Shown: in pieces, positions 38,229 through 47,831 of the stretch
How positions within the stretch are numbered: position 1 is the first letter of the stretch
How the letters are laid out: every line of letters starts with the position of its first letter
Origin: a virus
Length of the DNA: 64,000 nt
Virus record (IMG/VR): IMGVR_UViG_3300047357_001427
Coordinates: 6,923-70,922 of that record
Reading direction: 5' to 3' (one strand)
Made by a program: the position numbers and the translations under genes
The notes under the pieces: model-generated
What the model was told of the DNA's origin: nothing
Seen by the model: the letters and a program-made list of their open reading frames with translations, nothing else
Database searches by the model: none

Positions 38229-38615
38229 TTAATCGAAGTCTATTTTAACGTTTTTACTTTCATATGTTTTAGTTTTTTCCATATGATGTTTTGTTCCTCC
38301 TCTTTCCTTAGAGTAGTTTTCAAAGTATTTTTTCTTTAGTGGATCTACGCCATCATTCTTTTCGGCGCGCATAGATGAAAGTTCGGCGCTCTTATCCATC
38401 ATGTCACCAACACTACCCTTCATGTTTGCAGTAGAGTTTACAAAGCTAGCATTATCCCAGGGGTCAATAGAACCTTCTGTGTTTAATTGGGATGACGTAA
38501 AGATTCTTTTCCATTCCAATCCTTTCTCATCTACATACTTCTTCTCATCATTCATGTGGAAGAACACTTCTGTTTCCTCTTCGGTCTCAGGGTTTTGAAA
38601 GATATACATTGGCAT
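38229..38615 (-). CDS. Hypothetical protein, FmdB-like N-terminus without cysteines
   Basis: MPMYIFQNPET..EVFFHM..WKRIF; has its own sigma70-type promoter. Confidence 0.6.
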   Translation of the reverse strand: MPMYIFQNPETEEETEVFFHMNDEKKYVDEKGLEWKRIFTSSQLNTEGSIDPWDNASFVNSTANMKGSVGDMMDKSAELSSMRAEKNDGVDPLKKKYFENYSKERGGTKHHMEKTKTYESKNVKIDFD

Positions 38616-38623
38616 AGTGTTAG

Positions 38624-38652
38624 ATTATACCAGATATATACTATATTGTCAA
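38624..38652 (-). promoter_or_regulatory. Perfect sigma70 consensus promoter
   Basis: Minus strand reads TTGACA-17 nt-TATAAT with an extended TGn. The -10 ends 8 nt before ATG 38615, implying a near-leaderless mRNA. Confidence 0.85.
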
Positions 38653-38949
38653 CTATTTTTTATCTAACTTATTACAGCTTAATTGTATTAAATCCAATAG
38701 AGAATCAAATAACCAACAACAAGCACTAGAACATAAAGGAAATAACAAATATAAAATATTACTTTCTTTAAAATAATACATTAATAAACCAATCAATAAA
38801 CCACACCAAAAACCTAAACATAAACTACAATTAAATAATTCCTTTAATAAATTAGAATATTTAAAAATAAAATTCCTCGGACGACTTAATATGGACCCAT
38901 ACCTGAGGATCCACATTAAGCCGACACAGGAGATTAATTCAATTGCCAT
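38653..38949 (-). CDS. Small membrane protein (DUF1360-like CxxC)
   Basis: Hydrophobic segments and ELFNCSLCLGFWCG. Confidence 0.6.
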   Translation of the reverse strand: MAIELISCVGLMWILRYGSILSRPRNFIFKYSNLLKELFNCSLCLGFWCGLLIGLLMYYFKESNILYLLFPLCSSACCWLFDSLLDLIQLSCNKLDKK

Positions 38950-39127
38950 TTAGCGACTCTAGCGCTTCTTTAATAACTAGAAGTTGCTCTTGAGTCAAGG
39001 ATACTTCCCCGCCGAAATCATCGGTGAGGGTGTAGTGATCTGTTTTTTCTTTAGATTTTTTAAGCACTGGGCATCTTCCTTTACCGCAGCAAAGAAGGAC
39101 TCCACCATCTTGTTTTTTGATGTTCAT
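38939..39127 (-). CDS. Small hypothetical protein
   Basis: 62 aa, overlaps both neighbours in the operon; LCCGKGRCP..TDDFGG. Confidence 0.65.
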   Translation of the reverse strand: MNIKKQDGGVLLCCGKGRCPVLKKSKEKTDHYTLTDDFGGEVSLTQEQLLVIKEALESLNGN

Positions 39128-40209
39128 TTATTTATTAAGTTTAGGATTTTTTCAACTGTATTATCGTAAGTAAATACTTCTTTTATTTCAACACCTTTTT
39201 CGTTTCTTTTTCCATATTTATCTATAGCTTTATCTAGCGCTTTGTAGAACGATTGGTCTGAGAATGTATTTAGGTTGCCTTGGTTGAATGGTTGACCTTT
39301 TTGGAAGAAAGCTCCGTCATAAATTTCTTCTTTACCCTCTGGTTCAACTAATATTGAGTTATCTTTTGTGGCCCAATCTTTGTGAGATGTGGCATTCAAT
39401 ACAACGCTCCATTTTCCCAGGCAGGTAGAATTAAATGCAGGCAGGTTCCATCCTTCTGCTCCGCTTAAACCACTTAGGTTAATGTCAATAGAGTTGTAAA
39501 GCTCATTCATTTCCGAATTAGTCTTAAGGTATGGTAAGAAGTTTATGTTTGTGTATCTCTTACCTCCTAGTGCTTGACTTATAGCAATATTCATTTGCTC
39601 CGGCTTGAAGAATGGATTAGTTATGCAGCAAGTTAATTGGTATTCATTATTGTTTCCGTATCTATCTGCCCAAAGATTGATAATTTTTGCTGTATGTTTT
39701 CTTTTTTCAAACTTCCCAACTAGACCAAAATTAACTCTATCCTTTAAATAAACTTTATTGGTTTCGGAAAAATCGGTATCAAATCCTATCGGTATGTACT
39801 CTGTATTGTTTAGTCCTGATTCCTTGAAGCTATTCATTGCGCTAGAACTACTGAAGATACATTTTTCCTGAACCCCGCAAATGTTTTTCTCCACAATAGT
39901 TGGGGAGTCGCACTCGTAGAAAGTATAAAGAAACTGATTATTACCTATGCCAGATTCGGATCCATTTATGTGCCACATTTTCAAGGATGGAGAATCTGGG
40001 CAGAGCGTGGAGAATCTTTCATTGGATGATTTTTCTATCCAGGATTTTAATTCAATGTCAATTTTATCGTAAGCTGTAAAATCTAGAGACTTACCTATTG
40101 GAAAGAATGAGACTTCTACGTCTTTTTTGTGGAGTGATCTTAGCATGTTTACAGAAACATTGCCAAAACTTAATGAGTTTATTGGTGCGCTGAAATTTAT
40201 CTTATTCAT
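39124..40209 (-). CDS. GT4-like glycosyltransferase
   Basis: VGKFEKRK, MNELYNSID and SGAEGWNLP (GT-B acidic motif region). Confidence 0.8.
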   Translation of the reverse strand: MNKINFSAPINSLSFGNVSVNMLRSLHKKDVEVSFFPIGKSLDFTAYDKIDIELKSWIEKSSNERFSTLCPDSPSLKMWHINGSESGIGNNQFLYTFYECDSPTIVEKNICGVQEKCIFSSSSAMNSFKESGLNNTEYIPIGFDTDFSETNKVYLKDRVNFGLVGKFEKRKHTAKIINLWADRYGNNNEYQLTCCITNPFFKPEQMNIAISQALGGKRYTNINFLPYLKTNSEMNELYNSIDINLSGLSGAEGWNLPAFNSTCLGKWSVVLNATSHKDWATKDNSILVEPEGKEEIYDGAFFQKGQPFNQGNLNTFSDQSFYKALDKAIDKYGKRNEKGVEIKEVFTYDNTVEKILNLINK

Positions 40210-40211
40210 AT

Positions 40212-40601
40212 TTAAAATGGCATTTCTTCTTCTTCTACTATTGATTGTATAGTAGGACTTGGTTGTGGATTTTCAACAACAACGTTCGTTGATTCTTTTT
40301 TTGCGCTTGGTAGGAACCTGACTAAGTCTGCGCCGAGGTAAAACTTCTGTCTTGAGTTTCCGTTCTTGTCCTCCCATTTGCTAACTTTTATTTTGCCCTC
40401 AACATAAACACAAGATCCTTTTGATAGGAACTTCTTGCAGTTATCTGCGGTTTTATTCCAGCATTCAGTATCCATAAATAGCACTTCGTCTTTGGAGCTG
40501 TTTATTGCTAGTGAAAATGAGCACTTAGTGTTACTGCTCTCGAATGATTTAGTCTCTGGGTCTTTTGTTAGGTGACCTATTCCTATAAATTTATTTATCA
40601 T
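40212..40601 (-). CDS. ssb: Single-stranded DNA-binding protein
   Basis: NKFIGIGHLTKDPE, FLSKGSCVYVEGKI and acidic tail EEEEMPF. Confidence 0.93.
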   Translation of the reverse strand: MINKFIGIGHLTKDPETKSFESSNTKCSFSLAINSSKDEVLFMDTECWNKTADNCKKFLSKGSCVYVEGKIKVSKWEDKNGNSRQKFYLGADLVRFLPSAKKESTNVVVENPQPSPTIQSIVEEEEMPF

Positions 40602-41194
40602 AATTCGTTTTTTAGTTCTCTTTTTATTTTAGTGATTGCTTTGTCGTGGATATTTATACATCCTTGTATGCTAAGCTTTAGCGGCTTGCATATTTTATTC
40701 CACGGCATTACGTTGTTTCTCTGCCCTTCTATGTATCTCATTCTGAATATTTTTGAAACCCTGGTGTCAGGATCTTTATTTATTAAATTCATGATCTTAC
40801 TTAAAACTTCTAAGTCTACTTTCTTATCCTCAGGTTGAGTCTCTGACCTTTTACCAATGTCGGCATAATCCATGTGAACTTCTTTGGAGTTCTTATTTTT
40901 ATTATATAGGTTTAAGCACAACCACCTTGTCTCATTGCCCAGATGGGTTGAGAATTTAGTATTCCTGGAATCATCATATTTTAGCGCCGCTTTATATATG
41001 TAGTAATTCCTATCTTTCAGTAGGTCAACTCTATCGGACACTATACCTGAGGTGCTAGTAGGGGAGTAATTATTCACCATTGTTATGAATATACCACTAT
41101 GACGTTGGACCAATTCACCCAAGCTTTGTTCGGGCTCTACACCAACCTGCAAATTACAGACCAGCTCATTATCGGATAAGGAGTTTATTTCCAT
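40598..41194 (-). CDS. Phage sigma70-family RNA polymerase sigma factor
   Basis: SDNELV..LVQRH (regions 1.2/2.1), KAALKYDDSRNTKFSTH (2.2-2.3), IFRMRY..WNKICKPLKLS..IHDKAITKIK (region 4 HTH). Confidence 0.8.
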   Translation of the reverse strand: MEINSLSDNELVCNLQVGVEPEQSLGELVQRHSGIFITMVNNYSPTSTSGIVSDRVDLLKDRNYYIYKAALKYDDSRNTKFSTHLGNETRWLCLNLYNKNKNSKEVHMDYADIGKRSETQPEDKKVDLEVLSKIMNLINKDPDTRVSKIFRMRYIEGQRNNVMPWNKICKPLKLSIQGCINIHDKAITKIKRELKNEL

Positions 41195-41215
41195 TTTTTA
41201 TTTAGAATAAATGAT

Positions 41216-41244
41216 AGACTAACATATAATCATAGTAATGTCAA
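41216..41244 (-). promoter_or_regulatory. Sigma70-type promoter for the sigma/SSB operon
   Basis: Minus strand TTGACA-17 nt-TAGTCT, 21 nt upstream of ATG 41194. Confidence 0.6.
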
Positions 41245-41275
41245 GCAAAAATAAAGAAAAAAATCTCGCGCGTTT

Positions 41276-41383
41276 GGTCTTCGTAAGATATGAGGTCTTC
41301 GTAGGAATTACTAATTGATTAGACTAACGTGAGACAAATAAGATTAACGTGAGAATAGCTTCAATAGCTAAAGCTCTTGAAGC
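41276..41383. repeat. Paired direct repeats and hairpin in the divergent intergenic region
   Basis: GGTCTTCGTA twice (41276, 41294); AGA(C/T)TAACGTGAGA twice (41321, 41341); hairpin GCTTCAATAGC-TAAA-GCTCTTGAAGC (41358-41383). Confidence 0.8.
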
Positions 41384-41411
41384 ATTATAACATAAATTTA
41401 AATAATGTCAA
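41384..41411 (-). promoter_or_regulatory. Second leftward sigma70-type promoter
   Basis: Minus strand TTGACA-16 nt-TATAAT overlapping the start of the 41405 ORF. Confidence 0.55.
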
Positions 41412-42172
41412 GGAAAAAACATAGCACCCTAATATTAACCTCCTATTTTTCGGTAAAGCCGCACCCGAACAATCCAGGTGATAGTGCAGTAGTGGGTAGG
41501 GGGCCGGATGGAATGGTTGCTAAATCTGACATTAATTACATAAAAGAATGGTATGATTCTGTGGTTAGGAATAAGATAAAATCTGTAGTTTTTCACGACA
41601 ACCTAGAAGATGACTTAATTAGAGAATACTCGAATGATTATGTGTCTTTTGAGAAAGTATCACCAACTGAATATTCAAACAATGATTACAGATTTTTTTG
41701 CTTCAGTAATTACCTTGAGAGCTTGATCGAGAAGCCCAATGTGGTATTTCATACTGACGCATCAGATGTTAAGGTTGTTATGGATCCGGTAAGTCTCATT
41801 GATCAGAACGATTCGATAGATTATTTTGCCTGTAAGGACTCAATAGCATTAAACCAGTTTCCGTATAAGAAAATACATGATCACTTTAACTGGGATGATG
41901 GCTTTAACTTTGATATAAATTACGGGTTATGGGATTTGATTAACATGGGCGTTGTGGGCGGATCATTTGACAAAATGGTGAAATTTTATAAAACTTTCGT
42001 TGAAGTAAGAGAGTCCATGGGGCAGCCAGATTTCAATTCAGACATGTGGATACTACAATACTTATTAAGGTCCAAACTTCAACCTTGTGAATTTATAATG
42101 GGCGAGCCTGTGTGTAGTCAGTTCAAAGGTTACCAAAGCGAAAGGGAGGATGTCTACTTTATCCACAAGTAA
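41405..42172 (+). CDS. Putative GT-A-fold glycosyltransferase
   Basis: RFFCF..FHTDASDV (DxxD), NMGVVGG, SDM; first gene of the glycan cluster. Confidence 0.55.
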   Translation: MSRKKHSTLILTSYFSVKPHPNNPGDSAVVGRGPDGMVAKSDINYIKEWYDSVVRNKIKSVVFHDNLEDDLIREYSNDYVSFEKVSPTEYSNNDYRFFCFSNYLESLIEKPNVVFHTDASDVKVVMDPVSLIDQNDSIDYFACKDSIALNQFPYKKIHDHFNWDDGFNFDINYGLWDLINMGVVGGSFDKMVKFYKTFVEVRESMGQPDFNSDMWILQYLLRSKLQPCEFIMGEPVCSQFKGYQSEREDVYFIHK

Positions 42173-42878
42173 AATTACAGTTTACTGCTCGACCTATGAT
42201 TCGATCAAGTGGATCAAAGGCTATTTGGACAATATAAACTCTCAGATCTCTGAGCCATTTGATTTATTTTTCATAGACGCAGGTTCTACGGATGGTTCCC
42301 TTGAAGAAATTAAACAATTCAAATTTAATGGACATATTAATGTTTCTATTTTTGAGCCTGGATTTTTATCTATTTATGAAGCGTGGAATCTTGCGGTAGC
42401 TAAATCCAACACTCCATATTTAGTTAATTTTAATACAGATGATAGGCTCAACTTTCACACACTCTCAACTTACCATAATTACATCGAGGGGCATCCAGAA
42501 GTAGATTTATTTTACGGAGTGCATAACTTCGTGTCTGAAATTGGCGGACCCAATCTGCCAATAGGTGAGTACTGGAGAAATTTAACCAACTCCTTACTGT
42601 CTGAATCAGAAGAGAAGTTAATGTTTTCTATTAATCCTTGCGGACCATTTCCCCTAGTCAAGAAACAATCATTAGTTAATGCCGGGGAATTTGATAAAAA
42701 ATATTTCTCATCTGCCGACTATGACATGTGGTTGAGAATGTTTTCGATGGGCATGAAATTTAAAAGAACTCAAGACATTATTGGTGATTTTCTATACCGC
42801 CCTGATTCAGTTTCTCAATCAAAACTAAAAGAATCCGAAACCCACGATAAAGAAATACAATTAAAATACAAAAAATGA
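42150..42878 (+). CDS. GT2 glycosyltransferase
   Basis: FIDAGSTDGS, IYEAWNLAV, NTDD, GEFD..SADYDMWLR. Confidence 0.9.
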   Translation: MSTLSTSKITVYCSTYDSIKWIKGYLDNINSQISEPFDLFFIDAGSTDGSLEEIKQFKFNGHINVSIFEPGFLSIYEAWNLAVAKSNTPYLVNFNTDDRLNFHTLSTYHNYIEGHPEVDLFYGVHNFVSEIGGPNLPIGEYWRNLTNSLLSESEEKLMFSINPCGPFPLVKKQSLVNAGEFDKKYFSSADYDMWLRMFSMGMKFKRTQDIIGDFLYRPDSVSQSKLKESETHDKEIQLKYKK

Positions 42879-43537
42879 AAAAAGTAGTATCATTTTCCCT
42901 TTGGGGTAATAACGATCATTATACATATGGGGCTATTGAGAATGCAAAAAGCATTGGTAGTGAATTATACATCGGATGGGAAAGCTGGTTCTATACTCAT
43001 CCACTTGTGAGCGATAAAATTCAAGAAAAAATTCAAACAGAGGGAGGGAAGATAATACCAACAGAAGACAATCCAGATTACTCTATGACTTTTGCTCGAT
43101 TTAAACCAATGACACATGACGGTGTATCTATTTTTGTGAGCCGCGATTGCGACTCAAGGGTTTCTGATAAAGAATACCAGGCTGTAATTGAGTGGGAAGA
43201 AAGTGATATGCAATTTCACTGTATTAGAGATCATCGATTTCATAATGATTGGGCGGTCATGGCTGGAATGTGGGGGTGCAAGAGGTCGGGTAACGCAGGC
43301 TTAAATGAGCTATACGAACGCTTGATTGACTTCCGAAAAGGCGATGAATACCACAACGACCAAATATCACTGCATTCTTTATATCAAAAGCATAGCAAAA
43401 ACTTCCTCGAGCATGATGGCAGGGCTAGGCATAATGAAAAAAAATTCCCAAATCATAAACCTTTCAAACACGGGTCATTTATAGGTGAACGCATAACACA
43501 TGACAACAAACCTGGCCCAATAGAAAAATGGAATTAA
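42875..43537 (+). CDS. Putative glycosyltransferase (GT-A-like)
   Basis: VSFSLWG, SRDCDSR (DxD), RDHRFH..MAGMWG, DQ; cluster context. Confidence 0.55.
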   Translation: MKKVVSFSLWGNNDHYTYGAIENAKSIGSELYIGWESWFYTHPLVSDKIQEKIQTEGGKIIPTEDNPDYSMTFARFKPMTHDGVSIFVSRDCDSRVSDKEYQAVIEWEESDMQFHCIRDHRFHNDWAVMAGMWGCKRSGNAGLNELYERLIDFRKGDEYHNDQISLHSLYQKHSKNFLEHDGRARHNEKKFPNHKPFKHGSFIGERITHDNKPGPIEKWN

Positions 43538-44193
43538 ACACAAAAAGCGTTCTCATCCATCACCATCTCGGTCTCGGGGATCATATTGTTTGCAATGCAA
43601 TAGTTAGAAAACTTCATAAAAAATATAAAAAAATAAAACTCGCAGTTCTACATCATAATTTATCCAGCGTAAAGCAACTATATAGAGATATTGATGTAGA
43701 ACTTTGTCCCGTAAACTCGGATTCCGATTGCGAAAAAATGTATAAAAATAACAAGTTCATCAGAATTGGTTTTGAGAATTGCAAGCTACCCAATTGGGAG
43801 GAATCTTTTTACGAGCAAATGAATATAGATTATTCGTATCGATTTTCACATTTCTTTATCGAAAGAGATTATGAGAGAGAAAATTTATTAGAAAAAAAGC
43901 TAGAGCTTACCGATAAGTTTTCATTTCACAACAACTCATATAGCGGCGGAAAAATTGAAATAAATTCCATAAGCTCTTTACATAAAATCTTCCTATCACC
44001 AATTACAGATAGTATTTTTGACTGGATTGGTGTACTTGAAAAAGCTGAAGAAATACACACCATAGACAGTTCAATCTTTCAATTAATAAAACAGCTAAAT
44101 ATTAAATCTAAGAATTATTTCTATAACCACAGGAATCCATTCTTTAATTTCTCAAAAGAATGTGGTCAGAGATGGAATATTATTGAATCATGA
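43528..44193 (+). CDS. Putative GT-B-type glycosyltransferase
   Basis: HHHLGLGDHIVCN and AEEIHTIDSS motifs. Confidence 0.5.
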   Translation: MELNTKSVLIHHHLGLGDHIVCNAIVRKLHKKYKKIKLAVLHHNLSSVKQLYRDIDVELCPVNSDSDCEKMYKNNKFIRIGFENCKLPNWEESFYEQMNIDYSYRFSHFFIERDYERENLLEKKLELTDKFSFHNNSYSGGKIEINSISSLHKIFLSPITDSIFDWIGVLEKAEEIHTIDSSIFQLIKQLNIKSKNYFYNHRNPFFNFSKECGQRWNIIES

Positions 44194-44209
44194 TGTAACA
44201 TCACATATT

Positions 44210-44704
44210 ATGATTAAAACAATTTATTTTAAAGATAAATCCTATCCACTATTTCAAAGTAGAGGTCACGCATCCCAATTCTGCATTCCTTTTGCAAAGC
44301 ATGTATGCAAGGGTAATGGGTACGATGTGGGATGCATGAAAAAAGAATGGAGCTACCCTGGAGCAAAACCAATAGATATTTCTTTTGATGATCCATGGGA
44401 TGCAAATAATTTACCTAGCAACGAAAAGGTTGATTATATTTTCTCCAGTCACTGCCTTGAGCACGTCCCCCACTGGGTGGATACACTAGATTATTGGTAT
44501 GATTTTATCGAAAGTTCCGGCACTTTATTTCTATACTTACCTGATTATAGTCAAACCTATTGGAGGCCATGGAACAACAGAAAACATATACATATTTTCT
44601 CCAGAGATATAATTCATGACTATCTAAAAGATAAAGGTTATTCTAATATTTTTGTATCCAATGTAGATTTAAACAATTCCTTCATAGCTATGGCTGAAAA
44701 ATAA
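44210..44704 (+). CDS. Class I SAM-dependent methyltransferase
   Basis: GYDVGC, DYIFSSHCLEHV, GTLFLYLP. ATG 44210 is in frame with the listed 44162 ORF and avoids the overlap. Confidence 0.85.
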   Translation: MIKTIYFKDKSYPLFQSRGHASQFCIPFAKHVCKGNGYDVGCMKKEWSYPGAKPIDISFDDPWDANNLPSNEKVDYIFSSHCLEHVPHWVDTLDYWYDFIESSGTLFLYLPDYSQTYWRPWNNRKHIHIFSRDIIHDYLKDKGYSNIFVSNVDLNNSFIAMAEK

Positions 44705-44716
44705 CATCCCCCTAAA

Positions 44717-45508
44717 ATGAAGATAATAAAACCACTAATAGGCGGCCACGATGGATCATCATTCAGGGAATTACTTGACGCATGGTCGGAAAAAGGTTTT
44801 TGCGATATTGAAAATGGGCCAACCCATAGGTCTCCTGGATTCCAATCAGATCCAGATTCTCCAGAGGCAAAGTGCTGGGTAGAACAACAAGGAGGCGTAT
44901 TATTATATGATTTTCCCCTCCTAGATAGATTAAAGCATGATTACAATATGTGTCTTTTTTCAAATACATTCAAGAATGGGGCTGGAAATAAAAAGTGGAT
45001 CTTTTGGCCTTGGCGATCAAAAACTTATGAAGCATTAAAGAACGAATTGCGCTTAAGTTATGAATCTAGAATGATAAATATAGGCTTTATTGGTACGCCC
45101 ACCAATCACGAAAGACACAAACTTTCTTTTGAGTGGTCAAAACATTGCGATTTATTCCATTATGAAACCAGAAAAGTAGATCATATAGATTACCTTAAAT
45201 CTCTTTCTCGTATGAAATATGGATTATGCTTAAGAGGGGTCGGGCCAAAATGCCTTAGAGATATAGAATTAATCGGAATGGGGACGGTTCCTATTTTTAC
45301 CGAAGGAGTGTGCACTGATTATCCAGAACCTTTAATTGAAAACGTTCATTATGTTTGCGGCAAGAACTTGCAAATATCTCTTGAGAAAATTAAATCTATA
45401 ACAAAGAAACAATGGGGGCACATGTCTAATAATTGCATAGATTGGTTTGAAAGAAATTGCTCGATAGAAGGATCTTTTCATAAAACACTATCTATAATTA
45501 ATGAATAG
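44717..45508 (+). CDS. Exostosin/GT47-like glycosyltransferase
   Basis: YLKSLSRMKYGLCLRGVG..RDIELIGMGTVPI. Confidence 0.65.
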   Translation: MKIIKPLIGGHDGSSFRELLDAWSEKGFCDIENGPTHRSPGFQSDPDSPEAKCWVEQQGGVLLYDFPLLDRLKHDYNMCLFSNTFKNGAGNKKWIFWPWRSKTYEALKNELRLSYESRMINIGFIGTPTNHERHKLSFEWSKHCDLFHYETRKVDHIDYLKSLSRMKYGLCLRGVGPKCLRDIELIGMGTVPIFTEGVCTDYPEPLIENVHYVCGKNLQISLEKIKSITKKQWGHMSNNCIDWFERNCSIEGSFHKTLSIINE

Positions 45509-46211
45509 CTTAGAAACTTCAATGAGCCACCTTGACGGTGACCCATCCATTTTGCCGTTTTCGGTAATCCCCAGCCAAATACCCGGAAGGCCCAACTTCG
45601 CTTGCGGACAGGTTAAATCAAACACGGAGCTAGGTCAGCGGATAATGGATATCGCTAGAAATCCTGAATATAAAACATATCTAGAAATAGGCACCTGGTG
45701 CGGCCTAGGAACTACAAAATGCTTCCTTGATTCCATTTTTTTACGTGAAGACGAATCCAAACTCATATCCCTAGAGTCTAATTTACAATTCTACAACATA
45801 ACAAAACGGTATTGGGAGAAATTTATAGAGGTTCATGAATTAAATCCCAATAAATTTGACTTAAAGTATGGCTCCCTTATTCCATATAAAGATTTAGACG
45901 AATCTTTTGTAACGGACGCGGGATTCACTAAAGATACATATGACTACAATGCCGACATCAAACTTTGTCCAACTATATCTATAACTAAAAACATTGATGT
46001 TTTATGCCTAGACGGTGGGCACTTTTCCACTCAACTAGAATGGGATTTATTTAAAAATACCGTAAAAGTATTAGTCCTAGACGACACCAACACCTCTAAA
46101 ACACGGTCTATAATTTCCGAAGCAGAGAACTCTGGCGTTTGGGATACTTTGTATTCGAGCCAAAATCGTAATGGAGAGGTAATTTTAAAGAAAAAGAAAC
46201 ACTTTCTATAA
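45501..46211 (+). CDS. Putative SAM-dependent O-methyltransferase
   Basis: YLEIGTWCGLGTT, DVLCLDGGH, LVLDD. Confidence 0.7.
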   Translation: MNSLETSMSHLDGDPSILPFSVIPSQIPGRPNFACGQVKSNTELGQRIMDIARNPEYKTYLEIGTWCGLGTTKCFLDSIFLREDESKLISLESNLQFYNITKRYWEKFIEVHELNPNKFDLKYGSLIPYKDLDESFVTDAGFTKDTYDYNADIKLCPTISITKNIDVLCLDGGHFSTQLEWDLFKNTVKVLVLDDTNTSKTRSIISEAENSGVWDTLYSSQNRNGEVILKKKKHFL

Positions 46212-46214
46212 TTA

Positions 46215-46751
46215 ATGAATATTCAAAACAAACCGTGGATGTCCGAGGAAGAAACAAATCTTATCCTTAGTTTTATCAATAAAAACGATATTATGCTAGA
46301 ATACGGATGTGGAGGAAGCACTTTATTTCTCCCCAATTATGTAGATAGATATTACAGCATAGAGTCCGACCAACTCTGGGCTGATTCGGTTAAAAAAAAC
46401 ATACCAAAAAACGCTAAAATTTATACCATACCGACAACAAGACCCGAAGACCAAGAACAAAGGGAGATGACAAAATGGAATCAACTATATACTACCAAAA
46501 CGTATTTTGCATACAAAAAGTACATAGAAACTGCGTCATTAATTAACAGGAAAATAACAAAAGTCTTAATAGACGGAAGGGCAAGGCCTCAATGCGCAAG
46601 ATACATCTTTGATCTCTTGGATGAAGATGCGATATTATTTTTTCACGACTGGCACCCCTCGAGACGCTGGTACAAAACAATACTTGAAAAATACGAAATA
46701 ATAAAGACAATAGATAAAGGGCAAATGTTAGCGGTCTTAAAAAAGAAATGA
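46215..46751 (+). CDS. Putative SAM-dependent (polysaccharide) methyltransferase
   Basis: MLEYGCGGST, YSIESD..W, VLIDGRAR, FFHD. Confidence 0.7.
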   Translation: MNIQNKPWMSEEETNLILSFINKNDIMLEYGCGGSTLFLPNYVDRYYSIESDQLWADSVKKNIPKNAKIYTIPTTRPEDQEQREMTKWNQLYTTKTYFAYKKYIETASLINRKITKVLIDGRARPQCARYIFDLLDEDAILFFHDWHPSRRWYKTILEKYEIIKTIDKGQMLAVLKKK

Positions 46752-46799
46752 ATAAAAATCATCATTGATTAATAGCTATACAAATTTATCATATACTGA

Positions 46800-47831
46800 A
46801 TGAAAAAAATAATTATAACAGGAGTTACCGGCCAAGACGGGAGCCACATGGCTGACTATTTATTAAAGAATACTGATCATAAAATTTATGGCTCGGTGCG
46901 CAGGCTGAGTGTTAAAAACCATGAGAACATTTTGCACCTAGAAGGCAATCCTAGATTCGAGCTAATAAATATGGATCTCAATGATGCGCACAGCATTCGG
47001 GACGTAATACTAGACATTAAGCCAGACTATTTTATTAATTTTGCAGCTCAATCTTTCGTGGCTGGAAGCTGGGATTACCCAATCCAGACATGGGATACTG
47101 ATGCTGATGCGGTTCTGCATATCATGGAATCCATAAGAAGATTTTCTCCGGAATGTAGATTTTATAATGCTGGATCATCTGAAGAATTCGGAGATGTAGT
47201 GTGTGTTCCTCAGGATGAGAATCACCCACTAAGACCACAATCTCCCTATGGTGCCGCCAAGTGCGCGGCCAGGCACATCGTCAGGGTCTACAGGGAGTCT
47301 TACAATTTATACGCAGTACAGGGTTGGCTATTTAATCATGAAGGCACTCGTCGAGGCCTTGACTTTGTAACCAGAAAAATCAGCCACAGTATAGCAAAAA
47401 TTAAAATTGCTCTAGAAAATGGAAAAGATATACCCATTCTTCAACTAGGTAACCTTGACGCCAAGAGAGACTGGAGTGATGCTGAAGATTTTATGTCTGG
47501 AGTGTGGATCATGCTCAACCAAGACAAGCCTAAGAATTACGTATTGGGTAGCGGGGAAATGCACACTGTAAGAGAATTCCTAACCAAGACTTTAGAGTTT
47601 GCGGAAATAGATTTCTACTCCGAGGGTCAAGATGATAATGAAAAATTTTACACAAAAAAAGGCAAGTTATTCTTTGAGGTTAGTCCCAAATACTACAGGC
47701 CAGCCGAAGTCCACAAGCTTTGCGGAGACTGCTCTCTTGCCGAAAAGGAACTTGGCTGGGTCAGGAAGGTAGACTTCTTTGGGCTTGTCTCTAAGATGTA
47801 CCATAACGATTATTCGTTATTGTCTAAGTGA
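46800..47831 (+). CDS. gmd: GDP-mannose 4,6-dehydratase
   Basis: ITGVTGQDGS, AAQSFV, SSEEFG, PQSPYGAAK, LFNHE, FVTRKI, LGNLDAKRDW, YYRPAEV. Confidence 0.96.
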   Translation: MKKIIITGVTGQDGSHMADYLLKNTDHKIYGSVRRLSVKNHENILHLEGNPRFELINMDLNDAHSIRDVILDIKPDYFINFAAQSFVAGSWDYPIQTWDTDADAVLHIMESIRRFSPECRFYNAGSSEEFGDVVCVPQDENHPLRPQSPYGAAKCAARHIVRVYRESYNLYAVQGWLFNHEGTRRGLDFVTRKISHSIAKIKIALENGKDIPILQLGNLDAKRDWSDAEDFMSGVWIMLNQDKPKNYVLGSGEMHTVREFLTKTLEFAEIDFYSEGQDDNEKFYTKKGKLFFEVSPKYYRPAEVHKLCGDCSLAEKELGWVRKVDFFGLVSKMYHNDYSLLSK

